Origin: a virus
DNA length: 40,051 nt
Direction: 5' to 3' (one strand)
Virus record (IMG/VR): IMGVR_UViG_3300045988_160493
Within the stretch, counting starts at the first letter, position 1. Every line of letters starts with the position of its first letter. Below are positions 1 through 8,725 of the stretch, in pieces. The notes under the pieces are model-generated. The model had not been told where the DNA came from and searched no databases. It worked only from the letters and a program-made list of their open reading frames with translations. Both the position numbers and the translations under genes were made by a program.

Positions 1-159
1 AAAAGCATTAAACTAAAAACAGTTTTAGAAAACGTTGAGAGAGTGAGAAAAAATTGTTTGCAAGATGGCAAAAATTTATTTTCCGTTGAAAATTCAAACT
101 TTTTAACGGATTTAGATATTGCGAAAATTATTTACAAATACGCCACAAGAAAGGCTTAA
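1..159 (+). CDS. 3' part of wrap-around small ORF (hypothetical protein)
   Basis: In-frame continuation of 39994 ORF; TAA at 157-159. Confidence 0.4.
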   Translation, partial: KSIKLKTVLENVERVRKNCLQDGKNLFSVENSNFLTDLDIAKIIYKYATRKA

Positions 160-162
160 AAA

Positions 163-405
163 ATGGAATTCAAAAAAAACGGCAAAGTCTTTAAAATTGA
201 TTTTAATGATAAAGATAACATTATTTTGATAAATGGAAAGGTTTTTAAAGTAGAATATAAAAGCGGCTTTTTCTTAAAATTTGAAAGAAAGCGCATTTTT
301 TCTTATGATTTTAGACTTTTAAAAGCGCAAATTATCGAGTCAATAAATACGGGCTTTTTAGACAGTTATTTTTTTAAAGTCTTTGAAAAAATGCTAAAAT
401 TTTAA
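163..405 (+). CDS. hypothetical early protein (80 aa)
   Basis: ORF track; AT-rich, K/F-rich; packed head-to-tail with neighbours. Confidence 0.4.
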   Translation: MEFKKNGKVFKIDFNDKDNIILINGKVFKVEYKSGFFLKFERKRIFSYDFRLLKAQIIESINTGFLDSYFFKVFEKMLKF

Positions 406-453
406 AACACAAACAAAAAAACAATAAACAATAAAAAATAGAAAGATTAAAAT

Positions 454-735
454 ATGAAAATAAAAGATGTTTTAAAAACCCGTTATTCAAAATTTGAAAA
501 ATCCGAAATTGAAAAACTTTGCGATTTTTATTTAAACAGATATTATACCAAAACTCCATTTTTGAAAAAAATAAAAGAAATGAGTTTCGAGGAAAAATTT
601 TTAACATTTGCAAATGATATTTTAAATCAAAAAAACGGTTCGTTTAAAATATCTGAATTTGAAAAGCGCGTTGCCTTTGCAAATGGCTTTAATTACGCGA
701 AAAATGGCAAATGCGATTTTTACGCAAAACTTTAA
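454..735 (+). CDS. hypothetical early protein (93 aa)
   Basis: ORF track; same strand and codon bias as neighbours. Confidence 0.4.
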   Translation: MKIKDVLKTRYSKFEKSEIEKLCDFYLNRYYTKTPFLKKIKEMSFEEKFLTFANDILNQKNGSFKISEFEKRVAFANGFNYAKNGKCDFYAKL

Positions 736-764
736 AACAATAAAGTACGGAAAGAAAAACAATT

Positions 765-941
765 ATGGAAAAAATTATACAAGAAATAAACAAAAACACG
801 GGCTTTAAAGAAAAAATGTTTAAAATTTACTTTTGGGCAATTTTTGAAAAATCCGCAAAAACGGCTTTTTACGACTATTTAAAAGCCGAATTTCCAAAAA
901 TCACAAAAAAAGCAAGCGGGGAAATTTTGTCGGAAATTTAA
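765..941 (+). CDS. hypothetical small protein (58 aa), below the 60-aa track cutoff
   Basis: ATG 765 preceded by aaagaaaaac; TAA 939-941; fills gap between 735 and 1091. Confidence 0.3.
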   Translation: MEKIIQEINKNTGFKEKMFKIYFWAIFEKSAKTAFYDYLKAEFPKITKKASGEILSEI

Positions 942-1090
942 TTTTTGCAACCTTTTTTGAAAGCAATGTTTTGGAAAAATTAAAAAAAGATGTTGCGGAA
1001 ACCGCAAAATTAAATCCTAGTTTTAAATTTCAAATTCGAGACAATTTAAACCGCATAATTTTTGAAAGTTAAAACACGGAAAAAAAGACT

Positions 1091-1342
1091 ATGGAAACAA
1101 TGGAAAAATTATTGATAAATTGCTTTTATGTTCGCAATAAGGCGGACGCAATAAAACTTTTAAATCTTGTAAAAAAGAGCTTTAAAATTTGCGAAAAGGA
1201 AACCTTTTTCAAAAAAAGCGCAACTGAAAAAAATCTCCATTTTGTAAAAATCACAACGGTTTTTGAAAAATACAAACATATTTATCAACAATATGAGGAA
1301 ATAAAAGATATTGTTAGACTTTCAAACATTCAAACCTTTTAA
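1091..1342 (+). CDS. hypothetical protein (83 aa)
   Basis: ORF track. Confidence 0.4.
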   Translation: METMEKLLINCFYVRNKADAIKLLNLVKKSFKICEKETFFKKSATEKNLHFVKITTVFEKYKHIYQQYEEIKDIVRLSNIQTF

Positions 1343-1346
1343 AACT

Positions 1347-1694
1347 ATGCAAACAATCTATAAAAAATATGATAAAACACTAAATGAAGAGCTTAAAAAC
1401 GTCTGCGCCATTGAAATTGAAAAGCACGGGCGGACATATTGCGTAAAATTTATGAATGTAAAGGCGGCGCGGTCTAACGGTCTTATATGGAGCGGAATTT
1501 TTAACTTTTGCTTAAAAGTCGCCTTGCCGAATGGAAGAGCGTCAACGCTGGAACGGGTGAAAAATTATTTAGAAACAAACGCTGAAAGCCTTTTTGCGGA
1601 ATTTGCGGCTGCGCTTGCGGAGGAAAAGGGCGGAAACGTTGAACGTCTGCGGATATTTAAGGCTAATTTTGAAACGGCAATTTTAAACGGGTAA
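1347..1694 (+). CDS. hypothetical protein (115 aa)
   Basis: Internal ATG at 1347 lies 5 nt after stop of preceding gene; track ORF 1311 start would overlap. Confidence 0.4.
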   Translation: MQTIYKKYDKTLNEELKNVCAIEIEKHGRTYCVKFMNVKAARSNGLIWSGIFNFCLKVALPNGRASTLERVKNYLETNAESLFAEFAAALAEEKGGNVERLRIFKANFETAILNG

Positions 1695-1719
1695 ACACAA
1701 ACACAAAGGATAAAAAACA

Positions 1720-1929
1720 ATGAATATCGAAAAAACAATAAAAAACATTAAACAATGCCGTCCGCGCGGTGATTTTGCACGCGAAACAAAAGTACGCCTT
1801 TTAAAAATTCTCACTGGTCTGGATGCGCAAAAGGCGTCCAATACCGACTTAAACACCATTCGCGGTATTTTTTATAAATTAGCACTTTACCCAGAATTTT
1901 TTATGCTAAAAGACAATTTTGAAAACTAA
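1720..1929 (+). CDS. hypothetical protein (69 aa)
   Basis: ORF track; aaggataaaaaacaATG context. Confidence 0.35.
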   Translation: MNIEKTIKNIKQCRPRGDFARETKVRLLKILTGLDAQKASNTDLNTIRGIFYKLALYPEFFMLKDNFEN

Positions 1930-1949
1930 ACTGGAAAGGAAATAAAACT

Positions 1950-2600
1950 ATGAAAAAAACAATATTCGACATTGAAACACGAGCGCAAGCAGATTTAGAC
2001 TTGCGGGAAAAATGGAATGAGGCTCTTGCCTCCGTCCCTGCAAACTACAAAGATGAAGCAAAGATACAAGCAAAGGCGCAAGAAATCTTTGATAATCTTG
2101 TAGAAAAAACCCCACTGTCGGCTTTAACAGGCGAAATTTGCGCAATCGGCTACACGGAAGCGGGAACAGGCAAAATAAACCTAATACACGGCAAGAGCGA
2201 AGCCGATATTTTAACGGAATTTTTCGGAGCAATATCGAGCTGCGGAGCTTTAAACAGCTATCTTATCGGTTTTAATTCTAAAAATTTCGATATTCCGTTT
2301 ATTCTTCAACGCGCTTGGAAGCTTGGTTTGAAAATCCCGAACGGAATTATGGAAACCGCAAGCATAGGCAGGCTTAGACTGTCGGCGATGAATATCGACC
2401 TTATGGAAAGCTTTAACTTTGGCGCAAAGGCTTTTGTAAGTTTGGATAAAGTTGCAAGGTTTTTAGGAGTTGGCAGAAAATCAGGCAACGGAGCGCAATT
2501 TTGGCAGCTTTACAATACGGACAAAGAAACTGCGCTTGCCTACTTGGCAAACGATGTTCAACTAACAGAAGCAATTTATAACAAAATGTATAATTTCTAA
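1950..2600 (+). CDS. DEDD-family 3'-5' exonuclease (DnaQ / PolB-exonuclease-like), stand-alone
   Basis: N-terminal FDIETRA (Exo I Asp-x-Glu), C-terminal YLANDVQLTEAIYNKM (Exo III Y-x3-D); aaggaaataaaactATG RBS. Confidence 0.6.
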   Translation: MKKTIFDIETRAQADLDLREKWNEALASVPANYKDEAKIQAKAQEIFDNLVEKTPLSALTGEICAIGYTEAGTGKINLIHGKSEADILTEFFGAISSCGALNSYLIGFNSKNFDIPFILQRAWKLGLKIPNGIMETASIGRLRLSAMNIDLMESFNFGAKAFVSLDKVARFLGVGRKSGNGAQFWQLYNTDKETALAYLANDVQLTEAIYNKMYNF

Positions 2601-2630
2601 AACTAAAACAAATACAGAAAGGAAAAAATT

Positions 2631-2924
2631 ATGAAAATTAGAAACATAAACGGCGTACAAAATCAATTTGAAATTAACACGGGCAACGCCTTATATATGC
2701 AATCTTACGAAAGTGTAGTTGCAAAAATCGAAAATGGCAAATTAACACTTGGCAACGACTGGGATTATTCGCAAACAACGATGAAACATCTTAACCAATG
2801 GATTAGAGACAACGCCGCCGATATTCGCAATTATGGTAGGGCGGCGCGGTCGAATACGGCTTATATTCGCAGAGCGTTAAAGCTGGGAGAAATTGAAATT
2901 AAAGACTTGGAAAGGGAATATTAA
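2631..2924 (+). CDS. hypothetical protein (97 aa)
   Basis: ORF track; aaaggaaaaaattATG. Confidence 0.4.
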   Translation: MKIRNINGVQNQFEINTGNALYMQSYESVVAKIENGKLTLGNDWDYSQTTMKHLNQWIRDNAADIRNYGRAARSNTAYIRRALKLGEIEIKDLEREY

Positions 2925-2926
2925 AA

Positions 2927-3088
2927 ATGGAAGAGAAAACAGAAAAGAAACGCTCCGGCAGACCAGCAACGGGTAAAATAGCGGTGAGATATTGCATTAC
3001 CTTGCCGCCAGAAGTTGCGGAAAAGTTGCCAAAGAAAGGCGCAAGCCGTAAAATACAAGCCATTTTAAGGCTTTTTTACAAAATTTAA
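2927..3088 (+). CDS. small basic protein (53 aa), possible DNA-binding (KRSGRPATGK motif)
   Basis: ATG 2927 two nt after previous stop; TAA 3086-3088; Arg/Lys-rich N-terminus. Confidence 0.3.
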   Translation: MEEKTEKKRSGRPATGKIAVRYCITLPPEVAEKLPKKGASRKIQAILRLFYKI

Positions 3089-3124
3089 CTCAAATAAAAA
3101 CACAAAACTAAAAATAGAAAAACA

Positions 3125-3439
3125 ATGAAAAAACAATATAATTTTATAGCATATGAACCAGACGGTTGGTACGAGTGGACAAAAACATTTACGCCTGAAA
3201 AAGACAAAGAATGCTTGTTTATGGAAATTATAGCGGATGAGCGAAAAGGCGAAGTTGTAAGCACATCTTATTATGTCGGACATAATACGGACACTGAATA
3301 TTTCGTATTTTCGGACGGCTCGAAAATCCATAAAAAAGACTTCTGGAACGCGGGCGATTTTAAAAAGGTAATATTATTTAATCCGCACGCACTGCCTGAA
3401 ACTTGCAATATATCGGAATTTAGGATTGTTAAAGACTAA
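3125..3439 (+). CDS. hypothetical protein (104 aa)
   Basis: ORF track. Confidence 0.4.
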   Translation: MKKQYNFIAYEPDGWYEWTKTFTPEKDKECLFMEIIADERKGEVVSTSYYVGHNTDTEYFVFSDGSKIHKKDFWNAGDFKKVILFNPHALPETCNISEFRIVKD

Positions 3440-3457
3440 ACGGAAAGGAAAACAATT

Positions 3458-3718
3458 ATGATAAAAAAGACAAATGAAGAATGGGCGGACATACTTGGAA
3501 GCGATTATTACAGTCTGGAAGCGGACGGCACAAAAACACTGCTTTTTGAGCTTTCGACCGAGGAAATAATCGAAGCAATCGATTTTTATCGGAAAATAAA
3601 AAGTGCCCAAACGACTATGTTTAACACGCCCGAAGAATATGATTATGAAATAAAGAAGTTGCAAGCCGAGCTTTATCGCAGACTTTGCAATAGCCAATTC
3701 AACCCCTTTGTATTTTAG
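3458..3718 (+). CDS. hypothetical protein (86 aa)
   Basis: ORF track; ggaaaggaaaacaattATG RBS. Confidence 0.4.
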   Translation: MIKKTNEEWADILGSDYYSLEADGTKTLLFELSTEEIIEAIDFYRKIKSAQTTMFNTPEEYDYEIKKLQAELYRRLCNSQFNPFVF

Positions 3719-3721
3719 GCT

Positions 3722-4141
3722 ATGAAATACGGAATAATCGCAATCTTGGCAATGGCTACAAACTCCCTATTCGGGGGAGTAGTAGCCGATACTCTTTACC
3801 TTGAAGCAAGAGGAGAGGGAGCGCAAGGCATACGAGCAGTGGCTACGGTGATTTACAACCGAGCAAACGCAAAAAATAAGAGTTTTGAGGCAATTTGCAA
3901 AGAACCAAAACAGTTTAGTTGCTGGAATGGCTCTAAATCACGAGTAATTACCCCTAAAAACGATTTAGACCGCAAAGCCTATAACTTGTGCATAAAAATC
4001 GAAGAAAGCCTTTTAAAAGGCAATTTTGAGCCTTTGGGCGATTGGACACATTATTATGCTTACAAGGTTTGTAATCCGAAGTGGGCGATAGGCGCAAAAA
4101 CTACAACCATAGGCAACCACAAATTTTTGAAAACAAAGTAA
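3722..4141 (+). CDS. SleB-family cell-wall hydrolase (Hydrolase_2) with N-terminal Gly/Ala-rich hydrophobic segment; candidate SAR-type endolysin
   Basis: DTLYLEARGEG...AVATVIYNRA core typical of SleB/cell wall hydrolase domain; N-terminus GIIAILAMATNSLFGGVVA weakly hydrophobic, G/A-rich. Confidence 0.65.
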   Translation: MKYGIIAILAMATNSLFGGVVADTLYLEARGEGAQGIRAVATVIYNRANAKNKSFEAICKEPKQFSCWNGSKSRVITPKNDLDRKAYNLCIKIEESLLKGNFEPLGDWTHYYAYKVCNPKWAIGAKTTTIGNHKFLKTK

Positions 4142-4158
4142 GAAAGGAACGCAAAAAA

Positions 4159-4920
4159 ATGGAAGAAACAAGCTATGTAAATATCCAAGATTGGATGCTT
4201 GAATTGGATTTATCATTGCCAGAAACGGTTATTTTAGCAGTAATTTACGGTTTTAGCCAAGACGGACGAAGCAAATTTAGCGGCTCTTTAAGCTATTTGC
4301 AAAAATGGACAAGGCTAAAAAGCAAGACAAGTGTAATGGCGGCATTAAAAACTTTGGTCGAAAAACAAATTATCAGTAAGCACGACAAAGAAATCAATGG
4401 CGTAAAATTATGTGATTATTCGTACAATGTAGGGGTATATCAAAAATTGATACAGGGTATACCAAAAATTGATACTCATAATATAGAAGATAAAAATATA
4501 GAAGAAAAAGAAAACTATATAAAAGAAAAAGAAGAGCAAAAACGCACCATAGAACAGCAGGCTATTGAAGTCTATAAGGCATACCCACGCCACGTTGGTA
4601 AGCCATTAGCCATTAGAGCTATTAAAACGGCTCTAAAATCGATTTCTTTTGAAGAATTGATTAAACGCACCAGAGACTACGCAGAAGCCGTTAAACGGTC
4701 TCACAAAGACTTGCAATACATTCCTATGCCATCTACTTGGTTTAACCAAGAACGCTACAACGACGACATCTCCGAGCAACTTCCCAGCAATCCATACGCC
4801 ACAGGCAGAGTTGAACGAGTAGAACCGATTAAGCCGAGAACAAAGGCGGAAATACTCCGAGATGAGCCACATCGAGCGCAGGAATTGGCAAACATTGATG
4901 ATGACGATTTTGCATTTTAA
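4159..4920 (+). CDS. replication initiator / replisome-organizer-like protein (N-terminal winged-helix, conserved C-terminal IPMPSTWFNQERYNDD region)
   Basis: ATG 4159 after agaaaggaac RBS (in frame with track ORF 4081); sequence resembles phage replisome organizer N-domain; internal iteron-like direct repeats 4441-4505; DnaC-like loader gene downstream at 9022. Confidence 0.55.
   Translation: MEETSYVNIQDWMLELDLSLPETVILAVIYGFSQDGRSKFSGSLSYLQKWTRLKSKTSVMAALKTLVEKQIISKHDKEINGVKLCDYSYNVGVYQKLIQGIPKIDTHNIEDKNIEEKENYIKEKEEQKRTIEQQAIEVYKAYPRHVGKPLAIRAIKTALKSISFEELIKRTRDYAEAVKRSHKDLQYIPMPSTWFNQERYNDDISEQLPSNPYATGRVERVEPIKPRTKAEILRDEPHRAQELANIDDDDFAF
4441..4505 (+). repeat. iteron-like direct repeats inside the initiator gene (candidate origin)
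   Basis: CAAAAATTGATAC x2 (4441-4453, 4463-4475) and ATATAGAAGA x2 (4481-4490, 4496-4505), then A-rich tract. Confidence 0.45.
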
Positions 4921-4938
4921 ATAAATTCAAAAAAATAG

Positions 4939-4996
4939 TTGACACAGAAAAATAAAACGCTAAATTCATTTGGCAGTTAAAAAAACAACCTACAAT
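4939..4996 (+). promoter_or_regulatory. tandem promoter-like elements in the gap after the replication-initiator gene
   Basis: TTGACA 4939-4944 / N16 / TAAATT, and TTGGCA 4970-4975 / N15 / TACAAT 4991-4996. Confidence 0.35.
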
Positions 4997-5025
4997 ATAG
5001 AAACAATAAAACCTACATAAAAACT

Positions 5026-5121
5026 ATGAATAACGAACAATACCTTAATATCAATCGCACGCAAGAATTGGAGTTTGACAAGCTTCTCAGCGTCATAAAC
5101 GGAAACGGAGGTAAGCAATGA
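5026..5121 (+). CDS. very small ORF (31 aa), ATGA-coupled to next gene
   Basis: ATG 5026, TGA 5119-5121 overlapping ATG 5118 of next gene. Confidence 0.25.
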   Translation: MNNEQYLNINRTQELEFDKLLSVINGNGGKQ

Positions 5122-5345
5122 GAACTTGCAGAGCTTGTAATGGAACGGGCGTCATTAGAGCTGGTTGGAACTATCCCGAACACACTTGTCCCGATTGCGG
5201 TGGGACTGGTGAGGAGCTTGAAGAGGGCATCGATTATTGGGTTTGTTCGCAATGCGGCGAAGAGTTTGACCACGAGCTTGAAGACGGAATTTGTGAAGCT
5301 TGTATAGAGGAAATGGAAGAGCAGAAAATCTCATTGAATGAATAA
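5118..5345 (+). CDS. small acidic zinc-finger protein with two DnaJ-like CxxCxGxG repeats
   Basis: CRACNGTG and CPDCGGTG motifs plus CSQCG...CEAC; C-terminal half strongly acidic. Confidence 0.5.
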   Translation: MRTCRACNGTGVIRAGWNYPEHTCPDCGGTGEELEEGIDYWVCSQCGEEFDHELEDGICEACIEEMEEQKISLNE

Positions 5346-5371
5346 CAACGAATTTATGAAAGGATAAAAAT

Positions 5372-6028
5372 ATGGATAACAATGAACCTAAAATGCGAGC
5401 AGAACAAATCCTCTTCGAGAGGCTTTTTGAAGTAAATGTTTCTTCTCACGTAGAAAAACGCAAAAACGGAAAAGAGGAACTCTCTTATCTTACTTGGGCG
5501 TGGGCGTGGGCAGAACTCCTAAAAATCGTACCAGACGCAAGCTATAAAATCAAAATGTTTGACGGAAAACCTTATGTCTATGATGAAATTCTTGGCTATA
5601 TGGTCTTCACTGAAATGACACTTCTGGGAATGACAAGGGAATGTTGGTTGCCAGTACTCAATGGCAATCTTAAACCTATGCTTTCCAAGCCTTATGAATA
5701 CGAAACAAAGTGGGGCAAAAACAAAGTGGAAAAGGCTACAATGTTTGATATTAACAGGGCGATTATGCGTTGCCTTACAAAAAACATTGCAATGTTTGGT
5801 CTTGGCTTAAAGCTTTATGCGGGCGAGGATTTGACAGAGAATACGACAGAAGTTGCTGACCCGACATTCACACAGGAGCAGGCAAGCAAGGCAATGGAAC
5901 GCTACGGAGAAGCCGTTATAGCCGCTTGTGAAGAAATGGGATACTCCGTACCAACGCAAATTCCACTTTCTCGCAAAAACGAATTCTTCGCGATTTGCAA
6001 GAAGTTTTCAGAACCAAAAGGAGAATAA
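5372..6028 (+). CDS. putative single-strand annealing protein (Sak/DUF1071-like, Rad52 superfamily)
   Basis: LSYLTWAWAWAELLKIVP motif reminiscent of DUF1071/Sak family; located immediately upstream of SSB as in phage recombination modules. Confidence 0.45.
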   Translation: MDNNEPKMRAEQILFERLFEVNVSSHVEKRKNGKEELSYLTWAWAWAELLKIVPDASYKIKMFDGKPYVYDEILGYMVFTEMTLLGMTRECWLPVLNGNLKPMLSKPYEYETKWGKNKVEKATMFDINRAIMRCLTKNIAMFGLGLKLYAGEDLTENTTEVADPTFTQEQASKAMERYGEAVIAACEEMGYSVPTQIPLSRKNEFFAICKKFSEPKGE

Positions 6029-6031
6029 GCA

Positions 6032-6208
6032 ATGAAAAAGATTAAGAAATGGATTATTCGCAAGCTCTTAAAGCGAGAAATCAAAGCACTTTACTCGGCA
6101 TTCGAGGATGTGGCGAATGAGGTTGCAAGGACACAACTCAAAACAGCAAGCAGGACGCGCCTAAACAAGGCGTTGTCTAAATGCAGAAAATGCTTTTACA
6201 AATTCTAA
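6032..6208 (+). CDS. small basic protein (58 aa)
   Basis: ATG 6032 four nt after Sak-like stop; TAA 6206-6208; Lys/Arg-rich with CRKC. Confidence 0.3.
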   Translation: MKKIKKWIIRKLLKREIKALYSAFEDVANEVARTQLKTASRTRLNKALSKCRKCFYKF

Positions 6209-6220
6209 ACAAGGAAGAGA

Positions 6221-6481
6221 ATGAGAGAACATTATAATGATTATAATATAGGAGCTTTTTCGTCTCTCTTAATACTTAAATCTTGGCTCGATGCCCATTC
6301 GGAGTTCTTCAAGCGCAACCGAGTGCCAGCAACGGATATATCTTCCATTGTATCGGTGATAATGAGCAATTTCCAAGAATTTATGCACGAGCAGGACGAA
6401 TTTGAGATTAAAGCAATTCAGAGTACAAAAAAAGGCAAGACCAAATTTCAATACATAAAAGAGCAAAAAGAAAGGAAATAA
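6221..6481 (+). CDS. hypothetical protein (86 aa)
   Basis: ORF track. Confidence 0.4.
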   Translation: MREHYNDYNIGAFSSLLILKSWLDAHSEFFKRNRVPATDISSIVSVIMSNFQEFMHEQDEFEIKAIQSTKKGKTKFQYIKEQKERK

Positions 6482-6486
6482 AAATT

Positions 6487-6915
6487 ATGAATTATAACAA
6501 AGTTATCATCGGTGGCAACATTTGCAGAGACGTAGTTCTCACGACAAACAAAAACGGAACGAGCATTGTACATTTTACGGTAGCCGTAAGCAAGAAATCT
6601 ATTAACAGCAAAGGCGAAGAATTTAAGGAAGTCTCATTCCTCGATTGCGAGGCGTTCTCCAAAGTAGCCGAGAAAATCAACAAATACTTCCACAAAGGTA
6701 TGCCCATTCTCGTAGAGGGCAGATTGCGCCAATCCTCTTGGGAAGATAAAGACGGAAATAAGAGAAGCAAAGTCATAATATCCGTAGAATACTTTAACTT
6801 CTGCGGTGGTAAGGATAGCAAGGATATTGACGACGAGCCGACAACAAAAGCTCCCGAAACTACAAAAGACGCTAAGTTTGCCGAAGATTTAGAAGAAGAG
6901 GACGTTCCATTTTGA
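6487..6915 (+). CDS. ssb: single-stranded DNA-binding protein
   Basis: OB-fold SSB signature over first ~105 aa (MNYNKVIIGGNICRD...ILVEGRLRQSSWEDKDGNKRSKVIISVE) and acidic C-terminal tail ending EEEDVPF. Confidence 0.85.
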   Translation: MNYNKVIIGGNICRDVVLTTNKNGTSIVHFTVAVSKKSINSKGEEFKEVSFLDCEAFSKVAEKINKYFHKGMPILVEGRLRQSSWEDKDGNKRSKVIISVEYFNFCGGKDSKDIDDEPTTKAPETTKDAKFAEDLEEEDVPF

Positions 6916-6939
6916 TTAGAAAAGAGAAAGGAAAAGACA

Positions 6940-7404
6940 ATGAATAAAGAAAATGAAGAATTAAAGCCCTGCCCGTTCTGCGGGGGCGAAGCGGAAATTT
7001 TCGGGCACACTGCGTCGTGGGGTGCGATATGTACAAAGTGCGGGAGTTGCAACAGGCAAGGAGGTAAAACCGAAGCCGAAGCAATAAAAAAATGGAACAA
7101 TCGAGCCGACTTGAACTATTCTGTTTTTCCGAATAGTTCAAAGCTTACCTACGCCGACGTTGAAAAAATGGTCAAGCCGTTGGAGTGGGAATTAGAATGT
7201 GAGAATGGCGATAGTGTAGCAAAGGTCGGCAAGGCTTTGTTTAGGATTTCTTACTGGGATTATGGGGAAATGTATATCGTTTTCTGCAATACTTTTTTAA
7301 TCAAAGGTGATATTTCCTTGCTTGACGAAGCTAAGCACACCGCGCGAAAATTTCTTGTTGACCTTGTCGCCGACGCACTCGGCGTGGAAAGGAGCGGGGA
7401 ATGA
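6940..7404 (+). CDS. Lar-family (restriction alleviation-like) zinc-ribbon domain fused to a ~90-aa C-terminal extension
   Basis: KPCPFCGGEAEI...CTKCGSC...EAEAIKKWNNR matches Lar_restr_allev pattern; near-identical N-terminus to gene at 9739. Confidence 0.6.
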   Translation: MNKENEELKPCPFCGGEAEIFGHTASWGAICTKCGSCNRQGGKTEAEAIKKWNNRADLNYSVFPNSSKLTYADVEKMVKPLEWELECENGDSVAKVGKALFRISYWDYGEMYIVFCNTFLIKGDISLLDEAKHTARKFLVDLVADALGVERSGE

Positions 7405-7679
7405 AATATAAATACAAATTCGATAAATGTTGCGGGCGCAAGCCGCGCGTTATCCTTTGGGACAGACAGCAAAGCGAATGCGGAATTTGGGACAACAACG
7501 CAGGCGTAAATGTTCAATGTAAAAAGTGTGGTGCGGAGCTTACGGTTCGCGGAGTAATCGAAACCGACGAAGAAATGCAAGGAATTATCGCACTTGCGGA
7601 AAAGGAGTGGAATGGCGGCAAAAAAACAATTCTACCATTTGAAATTACGGCAACATTTAAAGCAGGGACAAAGTTATGA
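7401..7679 (+). CDS. Lar-family-like zinc-ribbon protein (divergent paralog)
   Basis: CCG...C...CKKCG and C-terminal ALAEKEWNGG signature; ATGA overlap with upstream gene. Confidence 0.45.
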   Translation: MKYKYKFDKCCGRKPRVILWDRQQSECGIWDNNAGVNVQCKKCGAELTVRGVIETDEEMQGIIALAEKEWNGGKKTILPFEITATFKAGTKL

Positions 7680-8107
7680 GCGAAAATAGAATAAAATTTA
7701 AGTGTCCGATTTGCAATGAGTGGCACGAAATTGGGCAGAGGAAGTATTGTTGCTTGGCGAGATGTCATAAGATTGGTGCTGATAAGTTTCTGTTGTCAAG
7801 GCAAACTTTAGACGAATTACTTTTTACGCTCGATTTATTGGACATCGATAGGGCTTATTGTGATGATATTGTATGGGGTAAAAATCCTCACACTTTAGAA
7901 ACTAAATATATTTCGGCTCGAATGTTTGTTAGTGACGAGTTTATAACATTGTACAACATCGACATTGTGAATGATAAATATTTGGCGTACTTTTTGGACA
8001 ATGAGGGAGAATTGGATTGGGCAAATATCGGCAAGTTTAACACTCTTGCAGAAGCCAAAAAAGCTTGCCAAAAGCATTTTGACAATTTGAAGAAAGGCGA
8101 GAGATGA
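7676..8107 (+). CDS. zinc-finger protein (143 aa), unknown function
   Basis: CPICNEWHE...CCLARCH cysteine/histidine cluster; ATGA-coupled. Confidence 0.4.
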   Translation: MSENRIKFKCPICNEWHEIGQRKYCCLARCHKIGADKFLLSRQTLDELLFTLDLLDIDRAYCDDIVWGKNPHTLETKYISARMFVSDEFITLYNIDIVNDKYLAYFLDNEGELDWANIGKFNTLAEAKKACQKHFDNLKKGER

Positions 8108-8337
8108 GTAAATATGTTTTAATTCTATTAACCACATTGTTGTTCGGTTGCTTACCAGAAAAAAACGATGTTGTTGCAAACGTATACGGTGTTGAGGTTT
8201 ACGAAAGAACAATAACCAAAGATAATCATACATATTATATGTTTGTAATGAGAGGAGCTTTTAAAGGCGGTCTTGCCGTAGTTCATTCGGAAGCTTGCCA
8301 ATGCAAAAAGAGAAAACAGAAAGGAAATAATAAATGA
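8104..8337 (+). CDS. putative small lipoprotein (77 aa)
   Basis: MSKYVLILLTTLLFGC signal with lipobox-like LFGC; ATGA-coupled on both sides. Confidence 0.45.
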   Translation: MSKYVLILLTTLLFGCLPEKNDVVANVYGVEVYERTITKDNHTYYMFVMRGAFKGGLAVVHSEACQCKKRKQKGNNK

Positions 8338-8516
8338 GTTTTAAATTAGTTATTTTGGGAGTGGGAATTGTAATAGACATAGCTCTCAACTTATGGATAT
8401 TGAAACGATTAAAGGAAATCAACAAGGAGCAAACGTGCTTTTGGACAATCAATTTCGGCGACGGAGGATTGGTTGTCGGAGAGGCAGAAAAACAAGAAGA
8501 AGAGCAAGAAAAATGA
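8334..8516 (+). CDS. small single-pass membrane protein (60 aa)
   Basis: LVILGVGIVIDIALNLWIL hydrophobic helix, acidic tail. Confidence 0.4.
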   Translation: MSFKLVILGVGIVIDIALNLWILKRLKEINKEQTCFWTINFGDGGLVVGEAEKQEEEQEK

Positions 8517-8725
8517 AAAAAGCAATAATCACTTTGTACAAAATTTTCACCATAGCGATTTTATTCCCATATCTTATGCTATGGCTATTTATAGGCGTTC
8601 TCGCCTATTTATTCTTTGGATTGTATGAAATCTTATGCTGGTTCTACAACAAACTCAACCAAAACAAATTCGCCGATTGGCTCACAAGAGACATCGAAGA
8701 TTTAGAAAGGGATTTGTGGAAATGA
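8513..8725 (+). CDS. small two-helix membrane protein (70 aa)
   Basis: ATG 8513 overlaps stop of previous gene (ATGA); two hydrophobic segments IFTIAILFPYLMLWLFIGVLAYLFFGL. Confidence 0.45.
   Translation: MKKAIITLYKIFTIAILFPYLMLWLFIGVLAYLFFGLYEILCWFYNKLNQNKFADWLTRDIEDLERDLWK

Noticed and set aside
6492-7100. 202-aa - strand ORF
   Set aside because: Antisense to SSB and Lar-like genes, which have clear motifs. S/L-rich low complexity.
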